Assembly (NCBI GenBank): GCA_051294375.1
Contig: CM119270.1
Span: forward strand, 8,481,213-8,545,212
Length of the DNA: 64,000 nt
Origin: Paraspadella gotoi
Taxonomy: Eukaryota > Animalia > Chaetognatha
Reading direction: 5' to 3'
Below, piece by piece: positions 53,943-64,000 of this stretch. Position numbers and translations under genes: made by a program. The first letter of the stretch is position 1, and every line of letters starts with the position of its first letter. The notes below the pieces were generated by a model, which searched no databases, was not told the origin of the DNA, and saw nothing but the letters and a program-made list of their open reading frames with translations.

Positions 53943-54710
53943 TTATTTATTTATTTTATTTATTTATTTATTTATATTTATTTATTTATTTATTTATTTC
54001 TTTATTTTGGCATCATCGTCGTCGATTTCCCATTTTACCTTTTTCTCCGGATCTCCCATCACGCATTTTCTTCTTCGTCTTCCTCCAAGCCCGATTTTTT
54101 TTTTTTTTTCAATCTAATCACTTTTTTCACTTTGCTTGCGTCTTGCATTTTTCATCACACCTCATACTCCCCCCCACCTTTCCTACCCTTTTTTGTTAAT
54201 GCTCCCTACCTCCTTCCTCTTTCACTTTTATAGCTTCTTTTCCAGCCTCACATATTCCCTTTCTATTTTTTAATTTCCCCCTTTTCGCCCTTCGCATCTT
54301 TCCTCTTCCTCCCATCTCCTGCCCTCTCCTCCTCCTCCTCCTCCTCCTCATCCTCCGTCTCCTCGCCACGATGATCGTCGTGTTTCGCGAGTCTCCGCCC
54401 TTTCGGTCACGTGACCCTGCGAACGGCGCCGATATCCGAGCGTCAACTACACGCGGAACACCATAGCGCGCGCCACGCGTTGCGTCACAATCTTTTTTGG
54501 TCGCTGGTCACCTTCCGGGTTTTGACGTCACCTTATCGCTTCCAACCTTATTGATGTAAAGCGTCTTTGTCAGTTGGACGCCATCTGCAACGACGCAACG
54601 ATACTCAACTTCGGCATCATTTTTTTTTTGGGGGGGGGTCGTCGAAAACTCCCAATTTTCGCGATGGTCATCCCAAATAATGATCTTTATTCCTCGTAAA
54701 AGATGATTGC

Positions 54711-54897
54711 AGGCCAAGGAAAGGATACTTCTTAGGCCAAGAAAAGGATACTTCTTAGGCCAAAGAAAGGATACTTCTTAGGCCAAGAAAAGGATACTTC
54801 TTAGGCCAAGGAAAGGATGCTTCTTAGGCCAAGGGAATGATACTTCTTAGGCCAAGGGAATGATACTTCTTTGACCAAGGGAAGGATACTCCTTAGA
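54711..54897. repeat. 23-bp minisatellite, ~8 copies
   Basis: Unit aggccaaggaaaggatacttctt, contiguous, decaying towards the 3' end. Confidence 0.92.
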
Positions 54898-55059
54898 CTA
54901 GGGTGCTTTCTCCTAGATAGGCTTTCGGGGCCTCATTCGGTCCCCGGGACCCTTTACTGAGATAAGTCGCGATTAGCCCTGAAACAGGGGTCACAAACCA
55001 GGGTCGTAGTGCCTATGCCTACTCTGTTGTTGAGAAGATTGCTTATGTAATAAAAATAT

Positions 55060-56465
55060 AAACATATTCATTTACGATGTATACAAACAAATACTATCCT
55101 TTGTAAAGGCCGAGTTAATCAACGCCAAGGTGATCGATTGAAAATTTCTCGTTAGCAATCCAGAAAGATTTTTTTTTCTATGCGATTAATCCAAAGAAAA
55201 AGAAAAGAAAAAGAAAAAGTAATTCGTTTCGATTAAAACATCGAATCAGCAAAAAGCTTTCGACGCCATGGTGACTGGTTGTTGTTTCGTCGTCATGGCA
55301 ACCGTCTAGACCACATTCGAAGCTATGGCAGCAAAATCAGCAATTCAACGGGCACACTGCCTACTTTTTTCGTTTTTGCAAGTTACGAGGTTTTTGATCC
55401 GTCGGACAGCCTAAATCGTGTCGACTTTCGTGTGTGTGTCGGTGTGTGTGTGAGAGCAGAGAGAGCGAGAGGAGAGGAGAGAGAGAGGAGAGGGAGGAGA
55501 GGAGAGAGAGACGAGAGAGTAGAGAGAGAGAGAGAGAACCAGACGAGAGAGGAGAGAGAGAGAGAGCAGACGAGTAAGAGCAGAGAGAGAGAGACGAAAG
55601 ATTGAGAGACGCAAGAGAGAGACGAGAAGAGCAAGAGAAAGGGGAATGGTACAATAGTACCTGACGAAAAATAAAAATCGAAAAAGAATATTTTGGGCTC
55701 AGGTGGCTTAGGTAAATTGATTACCTCAAATCTGTCACGAAATTCTCAAAATTTTGCAGCGAAGCCGAAGATTTTGTGATGAAAACCGAGAGATGACAAA
55801 ATGATTTTCGTTTCACATTCGGATGAGCGCCGTTCGTAGTGAAGAGTTGAAAAGCGGTTGAGCGAAGAACAAGAACGTCAATATCACAATAATGAGATAA
55901 AAATCAAACTAAAAATAATGAATTTTTTTAAAATTTGTTTATTTCTTTTATTAAAACTCTTTTCTCAATTATCCTTTTATTGGGATTTAATTTTCAGTCC
56001 GTCAGTTATCAGCTCCGCATCACTCAGTACGATTGCTTGCCTTACTCAAAAAACTGCAGTTTAGTCTGCAAAGAACGAAATTGTGGATATGCATCGCGTT
56101 GCTACATGAGACTAATCATGCCGCAGACAAGTTGACCATTTCTTTCGTCATCAACGTCTTTAAGGAAAGATTTGCATTAATCTCGAGGCCAAGTTAAAGT
56201 CGTTGAGTCAAACTGATAAATCTGCAGTCCGTCGGACAGTCGCGTCGCAAGGTCGAACGATTGGATCAAATTCCCGCCCACTTCCGGTTACTCATTGCCC
56301 ATAGCCCACCGCCCACCCATAAAAAGAAATCAAGGAAAAGCCTCCCTCCTCTTTCGTCAGTAGACTGTTCTGCTGCCGTTTCCCTACTAAATATCGGCAA
56401 AGGAGAACCATAAAAACCGCCAGACTCATTCTTTCCCGGTTTCTCCGCGTTGCAATCCGGGAAAG

Positions 56466-56496
<31 letters not shown>

Positions 56497-58130
56497 GAGA
56501 GAGATAGAAAGATTGCTATGTACATTAAAAATTAATAAACGATATTCCATTCTACGATGTATACGAAACAAATACTCATCCTTTGTAAAGGCCGAGTCTA
56601 ATCAACGCCAAGCGTCGATCGAAATTGCGAAAATTTTCTCGTTACGCAATCCAGAAACGATTTTTTTTTCCTATGCGCATTAATCACAACGCAAAAAGAA
56701 AAAGAAAAAAGAAAAAGTAAATTCGTTTCGATTAAACACATCGAATCCAGCCAAACGCTCTGCTCGACGCGCACAACTGGTGGATGGTTGTTGTTTTCGC
56801 CGTCGTCCATCGGCACCGCTCTTAGACGGCACATTCGAGCAGCTATGGCAGCCAAATCAGCAATTCAACAGGGCCGAGCACTGCCTACTTGCTTTCGTTC
56901 TTTGCAAAGTTACGAGGTTTTGATCCGTCGGACAGCCTAAATCGTGTCGACTTTCGTGTGTGTGTCGGTGTGTGTGTGAGAGCAGAGAGAGCGAGAGGAG
57001 AGGAGAGAGAGAGGAGAGGGAGGAGAGGAGAGAGAGACGAGAGAGTAGAGAGAGAGAGAGAGAACCAGACGAGAGAGGAGAGAGAGAGAGAGCAGACGAG
57101 TAAGAGCAGAGAGAGAGAGACGAAAGATTGAGAGACGCAAGAGAGAGACGAGAAGAGCAAGAGAAAGGGGAATGGTACACTTAGTACCTGACGAAAAAAT
57201 AAAAATCGAAAAAGAAATATTTCTGGTGCTTCAGGCTGGCATTTAGGTAAACTTTGATTACCTCAAATCCTGTCAGCGCACAATTCTCAAAATTCTTGCA
57301 GGGGCGAAGCCGACAGACCTTTCTGTGATGAAAACACGAGCACGATGGACAAAATGATTTTCGTTTCACATTCGGATGAAGGCGCGTTCGTGAGTGGAAG
57401 AGTTGAAAAGGCGGTTGAGCGAAGGAACTAAGAAAGTCAATATCACAATAATTCGAGATAAAAATCAAACTTAAAATAGATGAATTTTTGTTTAAAATTT
57501 GTATTATTTCTTTTATTAAAACTCTTTCTCAATTATCGCTTTATTGGGATTTAATTTTCAAAGTCGCGGTCAGTTATGCGAGCTCCGCATCACTCAGTAA
57601 CCGATTGGGCTGTGCGCTTACTCAAAAAACTGCAGTTTAGTCTGCAAAAAGAACGAAATTGGTGGATATGCAGATCGCCGTTGCTACATGAGACTAATGA
57701 ATCAATGCCGCAGACAAGTTGACCAATTTGTTTCTTTTCGTGATCAACGTCTTTAAGGAAAGAATTTGCATTAATCTGCGAGGCCAAGATTAAAGTCGTT
57801 GAGTCAAAACTGATAAATTCTGCAGTCCGTCGACAGTGCGTCGCAGGTCGAACGATTTTGAATCAAATTGCCGCGCCCAGCTTCCGGTTACTCATTGCCG
57901 CATAGCGCCACCGCCACACCGCATAAAAAGAAATCAAGGAAAAGCCTCCCTCTCTTTCGTCAGTAGACTGTTCCTGCTGCCGTTTCGCCCTACTAAATAT
58001 CGGCAAAGGAGGAACCATAAAAACCGCCAGACTCATTGCTTTCCCGGTTTATTCTCCGCGTTGGCCAATCGCGGGAAAAGTCTGCTCTCTCTTCTCTCTC
58101 TCTCTGCTCTCTCTCTCTTCTCTCTCCCTC
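55060..58130. repeat. ~1.5-kb tandem duplication (55060-56480 vs ~56520-58130), probable artefact
   Basis: The second copy is the first with scattered single-base insertions, while the central ~260 bp appear identical. It ends near the N-gap at 58157-58181. Confidence 0.85.
56255..56300. promoter_or_regulatory. Candidate promoter cluster (CCAAT, GC box, ETS site)
   Basis: ATTGG, CCCGCCC and CACTTCCGG within ~30 bp, upstream of the candidate exon at 59227. Motif-only evidence. Confidence 0.25.
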
Positions 58131-58792
58131 TCTCTCTCTCTCTCTCTCGTCTCTCTNNNNNNNNNNNNNNNNNNNNNNNNNCTCTCTCTCTCTCGCGATG
58201 GCGTCGCATTGTCTGTCCTTCCTCCGAAGAGGAAATCTCAGGTTTTTTCTTTCTTTCTTTTTCTTTCTTTTTCTTGTTTCCTTTTCTCCAGATTTTGTTT
58301 TCCATTTGCGTGTTTCTTTTGTTCTTCTGTCTTTTTCGATTTCGGCCTTCGTTTTTTTTCTGTTTTTTCTGCCTTAGAATTGATTGGACTCTGTTTTCCA
58401 CGAAACGACGTCGGGCAATTCAAATACCTTTTGTTGTGGTTCTCGTGCATTTCAGTTTCTGTACATTCAAAATGGCGGTTGAATTGTCAGCTCTTCGTTA
58501 TTTAGACATGAAATATTAAATTTTGAATTGGTAAAAGTACTGACATTAGGAGATAATAGAAAATTTTCCTTTAAAAAGCTAATTTTTCGATCAACTTGTC
58601 GAATTATTATTTTTTCTTTGACGAGTGATCCTTATTCTTTGGTTCCATATGGAAACGGCAGCTGCGCCCATCAATGCGCCATTACTCATCAAACAGTCTC
58701 TCTCTCTCTTCCACTGCTCTCTCCTCGGTGCTCTCTCTCGGTCTCTGCATCTCTCTCCTCTCTGCTCTCTCTGCTCACTCTCTCTCACTCTC

Positions 58793-58823
<31 letters not shown>

Positions 58824-59226
58824 GCTCTCTCTCTCCTCTCTCTCTCTCTGCTCTCCATTTCCCTCTCGTCTCTCTCTCTCTCGATCTTCCTCTCTCTCAG
58901 ACTCTTCCTGCGCGGGCCTGCTCTCCATTTCTCTCGCTCCCTCCTGACTTTCTATTCTCTCATTCGCTGGACTCTCTCTTTCTATCTTCTTCTCGTTAAA
59001 CAAAAAAAAATGTTCAACCTAATTTTCATCATTGTCAGCTCCAAGTCATTATTTATTCATTGTTTATCGTATTCAATATTCTTAACAGAGTGAAAAGGTG
59101 ATTGATATCCCCTCAAAAGAATCACTAACTCCACCGAAAAAAAAAGAACCTTGTAAATGATAATCAAAACTTAAAAGACGAAGCGAAAGACGAATCAAAA
59201 AAAACCTCAGAAGAAAAAGAAAGACG

Positions 59227-59503
59227 ATGGCGCCCGTGACCGACATGGAGGCTGCGACTCGACCCGCCACGCCCCCCGCAGTTCCGCCGCACGCCAACGC
59301 CGCATCGGCGCCGCCTTCGTCGCAGCCGCCGATGCTGCCGCAGCGCAGCGCCGCCTCCACCGCGCCGACGCCGCCGACGCGAGCGACGCCGCCGACGACG
59401 TTACCGCCGATGGACACCGAGGCGCCACTCTCCGCTTACGTCTACAACATCCTCGCCTGTCAACTCTGCAGCGCCGCGACCACCGCAGCCAAGGAGAGGA
59501 AGG
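59227..59503 (+). CDS. Candidate first coding exon of an unidentified plus-strand gene (Pro/Ala/Thr-rich N-terminus)
   Basis: GC-rich island, ACGATGG start context, open frame MAPVTDMEAATRPATPP...SAYVYNILACQLCSAATTAAKERK, ending at a strong donor AAGG|gtaagt. No downstream exon recognised. Confidence 0.55.
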
Positions 59504-59523
59504 GTAAGTTCTTTTTCTTTTTC

Positions 59524-59752
59524 TGGTCTTGTTTGGTTAGGGATATTTCGGTCGTCTTGTCAGTTTGCCCTTCCTCCTGCCTGACGTGATATCCGGCCCA
59601 AAAAATGTTTCTTCTTCCACAGACTCTTCATTTTTATGTCCTGTCCTTTCCTTGACTTTCCTTTTCTATCTTTTCCTTTCCTTTAATTCCCTTTTTCTTT
59701 GGTTCTGTTATCTTACTTTTTTCTTTCTTTCTTTCTTTCTTTCTTTCTCTCT

Positions 59753-59811
<59 letters not shown>

Positions 59812-59841
59812 TTTTTTATTTATTTATTTATTTATTATTTT

Positions 59842-59880
<39 letters not shown>

Positions 59881-60359
59881 TCTATTTATTTATTTATTTA
59901 TTTATTTCTTTCTTTCTTTCTTTCTTTCTTTTTTTATTACGCTCTTCCATTATTTCTTTCTTTCTTTCCACCTCCTCCTAGTTTTCTCATTTTCCTCATC
60001 TTTTATTGGTTTCCGTTGTATGACTCATCTTTGTTTCGTGCGGTTATTATCAATAAGAGACGTTGAATTTCCCCTTCACCAAATCCAGGGAAATCCGATG
60101 CCAGTGGAGTGAGGTGTACTACACATATATATATATAAATATATTTATCTATAACTAAATACAGTTTAATAAAAAACTCAAAATCTAGAAAAATAATTTG
60201 TTATATCAAACAAAGTCACTTAGCTTAAATTCTTTCGTCTTTGAATATCATGTCTTTCACTCTCTCTCTTATTTTCTTTCTCAGTCGCCATCTTCTTTTA
60301 CTTCTTTCTGAGACTCCCCCACCTACTCCCGCTTCTCTCTCTCTCTCTCTCTCTCCTCT

Positions 60360-60401
<42 letters not shown>

Positions 60402-61167
60402 CTCCCTCCCTCCCAACTCATACGATTTTGCTCCGTTGTGCTTCTGAATTTGACGTTCATTGTCTCAATGCATGCGAGAGCAGTAGCTCGACCGACACAA
60501 CAACAAAGATAACTAAAAGTTACGAGAATCAAAACTACTGTGGCATTCGAGCCGTCACGCTTTATTGCGCATACAGGAAAAAGAGAAAAAAAAGGACAAC
60601 ACCGACAAGGATAACGGAAAAGTCGACGACCATTGAAACAAACGCCAGTTTCACGCAAGCCCATTACTGACAGGCGGGAGAAANNNNNNNNNNNNNNNNN
60701 NNNNNNNNATTCTCTCTCTGTCTCTCCTCTCTCTCCTCTCATCCGCCATCTCTCTCTCTCTCTCGTCTCTCTCTCTCTCTCTTCTTCTCTCTCTCTTCAG
60801 TCTCTCTTTTCCTTTCTCGTCTCTCTTTCCTTTCTCTAAAGCTAAGCTTCTTTCTCACACTCGTCCTCTCTATCTTTCTCCCGCCTGTCAGTAATTGGGC
60901 TTGCGGTGAAACTGGCGTTTGTTTCAATGTCGGTCGACTTTTCCGTTATCCCTTGCGGTGTTGTCCTTTTTTTCTTCTCTTTTTCCCTGTATGCGCCAAT
61001 AAAGCGTGCGGCTCGAATGCCACAGTAAGTTTTGATTCCTCGTGAACTTTAGTTTATCTTTGTTGTTGTGTCGGTCGAGCTACTGCTCTCGCAATGCATT
61101 GGAGACAATGAACGTCAAATTCAGAAAGGCAAACGGAGCAAAATCGTATGAGTGGGAGGGAGGGAGA

Positions 61168-61209
<42 letters not shown>

Positions 61210-62017
61210 AGAGGAGAGAGAGAGAGAGAGAGAGAAAGCGGGAGTAGGTGGGGAGTCTCAGAAAGAAGTAAAAGAATATGGCGACTGAGAAAGAAAATAA
61301 GAGAGAGAGTGAAGACACATGATATTCAAGACGAAAGAATTGCTAAGTGACTTTTGTTTGATATAACAAATTATTTTTTTCTAGATTTTTGAGTTTTATT
61401 AAACTGTATTTAGTTATTAGATAAATATATTTATATATATATTGTGTAGTAACACCTCACTCCACTGGCATCATCGGGATTCCCTTGGATTGGTGAAGGG
61501 AAATTCAAAAAGTCTCTTATTGATAATCACCGCACGAAACAAAGATGAGTCATACAACGGAAACCAATAAAGATGAGGAAATTGAAGAAAACTAGGAGGA
61601 GGATGGAAAAGAGAAAGTAAATAATTGGAAGAGCGTAATAAAAAGAAAGAAAGAAAGAAAGAAAGAATAAATAAATAAATGATATAAATAAAATAAATTA
61701 ATAAATAAATAAAATATAAATAAATAAATAAATAAAATAATAAATAAATAAATAAATAATAAATAATAAATAAATTAATAAAGAGAGAAGAAAGAAGAAA
61801 GAAAAAAGAAAAAAGTAAGAATAACAGACCAAAGAAAAGAGGAATTAAAAGGAAAAGGAAAAGATAGAAAAGGAAGTCATAGGAAAGGACAGAGGCAATA
61901 AAAATGAAAAGTCTGTGGAGAAGAAACCATTTTTTTTTTGGGGGCCCGGAATATCACGTCAGGCAGGAGGAAGGGCAAAACTGAACAGACGACCGAAATA
62001 TCCTAACCAACAGACCA
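59524..62017. repeat. ~1.15-kb inverted duplication around an N-gap (59524-60683 vs 60874-62017)
   Basis: Arms are reverse complements with indel noise increasing outwards. The gap 60684-60708 lies at the centre. Confidence 0.85.
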
Positions 62018-62852
62018 AATGAAACCAAATAAATAAAAACCCGTTGATGTTGTAGTTGCAATAGTTTTTGCTGACGCGGTTATAGTTCGTGCGGCGACGA
62101 CGATGGCGACGTCAGTTAGGACGAAACCAATTCTGGAGGCAAGATTATTTTCTTTTTTTACGACTCCAGTTTATGGTTAATTCGATATGGTTTTTTTTTT
62201 TCGACCCGACTCGGTTGAATACAGTAGATTCGGTTTATAATTTATTCAGTTACGTTTGTAACTTTAAATACTTTAAAACTAACTAATTGAGCATTGAAAT
62301 AATGTTCTCACAATCTTCCAATTTCTAATTTTGATGACTTTTCTTTCGATATTTTCTCCTTTGCAATCAGTTGCGTCACAAAGAAAAGAATAGAAGAACT
62401 CTGATTTAACTTCTGGCTTCTTTGGCTCATCAAAGGTTCTATTTTTTTTCCTAATCCATGAAATCAACCAGATCCATTTATCGGTCCATTTCTCGCGATG
62501 GTAGCAACGGAGCCAAGGAATCTATGGTGTGGAGAGAAACGGGGACTATTCGCCAAATCGCTCGTCAAAAATTCAACTAGAAGAGAGATTTCCACCCCAG
62601 CCCGGCCTCCAGTGTTTGGACTTTTTTGTCAAGATAGAGGTTCTCTCACCGACAGGGGTCTCTCCTCATCCTCATCTCCTCATTCCACTCACTTCTTCTC
62701 CCAGCCGAGGGTTGAAATAGACCCTGCCTCCTCGCCAGTGCATACCTTCAGAGTTTGCCTTCGAAATAATTTCTTTTTCAACAATTTTATTTCTCATGCG
62801 ATGCATTCGCGGTCACGCTACTCAAGTTGTTTCTTTTTTGTTTGTTTCTTTC

Positions 62853-62943
<91 letters not shown>

Positions 62944-63649
62944 ACTCTCAATTACTCCCCCATTTACTTTTTTCTTCCTTCCAAAAGTTTTTTTTTTCTT
63001 TTTCACTTCCTTCCTTCCATCCGTCCTTTCTTTCTTCCTCTCTTCCTCCCTTCCTTTCTTCCTCTCTTCCTCCCTTTCCTTCCTTCTATCCGTCCTTCCT
63101 TCCTTCCCACCAGTCATTCTCTTCTTTCTGAATAAATTCCTTATTCATTCTTACATTCTTCTTCAAATGCAAATTTTTTTTTGCTTTGAGATACAAACCG
63201 AGAATTAATAATTAAACCCTCACAAAAGATTCGAAATTAATCAGAATTTCACGGCAGCATCTCTCTGACGTTGACGCATGAATTTGCGGCTTTTGACGCG
63301 ACTGGTTTTCCGCAACCCTTCGTTTTTATTTATTCTAGTTTTTTTTCTTGGTAAACATTTCTTGGCATCATTTTTAGGTCTATTTTTTTGGCTTCCGCCT
63401 CGCGCGCCCTCTCTCACGTGCGATACAAGCCACGGACTTTTTTCTTTTCTTTTCTTTTTTTTTTTTTTGAGAAAAATTCCTCCCTTTCATCCATTATTTT
63501 TTTTTCAATCTTTTCCTTTTTCCATTTCTTTTTCGTCCCGCGTCGGAATGACCTTCTATAGTCTCTGTGTATTCTCTTTTTCTGGAACCAAATATTTTTT
63601 ATCAGGCTTTTTTTTCCAGTGGTTTTCACTCCTATCCATCTCAGCATTT

Positions 63650-63930
63650 TCCGCCCTTATTTCCTACGCCTTTTCTTTTCTATTCGCCCCTTCTTTCCTA
63701 CGCCTTTTTTTCTCTTCGCTCCCTACCTTTCCTACGCCTTTCTTTACCCCTCTTTCGACGTCCTTATCTTGCCGCCTTTGTCCTACGCCTTGTCAGCCCT
63801 TCTTTCCTACGCCTTGTCTTTTAACCCTCGCCCCTTCTTTCTTTCCTACTCCATGTCTTTTATTCTTCGCCGCCTTCTTCTTCCCATGACTTGTATTTCT
63901 ATTCGCCCCTTCTTTCCTACGCGCTTGTCT
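63650..63930. repeat. Degenerate pyrimidine-rich minisatellite
   Basis: Repeated cgccccttctttcctacgccttgtcttt-like units. Confidence 0.65.
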
Positions 63931-64000
63931 TTTATCTTTGTTTCTTCTTTCCTTTCATTTCCTCCCTTTTCTTTCTTTCGTTTTCGCTTTTTTCCTCTTT

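Noticed and set aside
54711-54897. 23-bp direct repeats as a CRISPR array
   Set aside because: Repeats are contiguous with no unique spacers, there are no cas genes and the context is eukaryotic.
55060-58130. Genuine tandem duplication of a promoter region
   Set aside because: The insertion-dominated single-base differences look like raw long-read error next to a gap.

Overview
AT-rich, microsatellite-laden metazoan (probably invertebrate) genomic DNA from a noisy long-read-type assembly with N-gaps and many single-base indels. Most ORFs in the track are simple-repeat artefacts. Main content: (1) a ~20-exon minus-strand Girdin/Daple (CCDC88) gene at 24.7-39.6 kb, with the conserved coiled-coil block, a GBA motif (SDLMTLSQFLAEN) and the C-terminal PDZ-binding motif WFEYGCV*, but no recognisable HOOK domain in the window. 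(2) Just downstream, a 7-exon gene for a secreted DNA/RNA non-specific (ENDOD1/EndoG-type) endonuclease, reconstructed by hand. (3) In one Girdin intron, a 5'-truncated Penelope-like retroelement (RT + GIY-YIG) flanked by inverted pLTRs, each with a minimal hammerhead ribozyme, and a 12-bp TSD. The same intron holds a 1.8-kb foldback element built from TTAGGG-containing repeats. (4) A solo hammerhead at 53.2 kb, tRNA-derived SINE-like elements and minisatellites. (5) Three duplications (7-kb tandem, 1.5-kb tandem, 1.15-kb inverted) that are most likely haplotype or assembly artefacts. No database searches were run; all calls are from manual translation and motif recognition.
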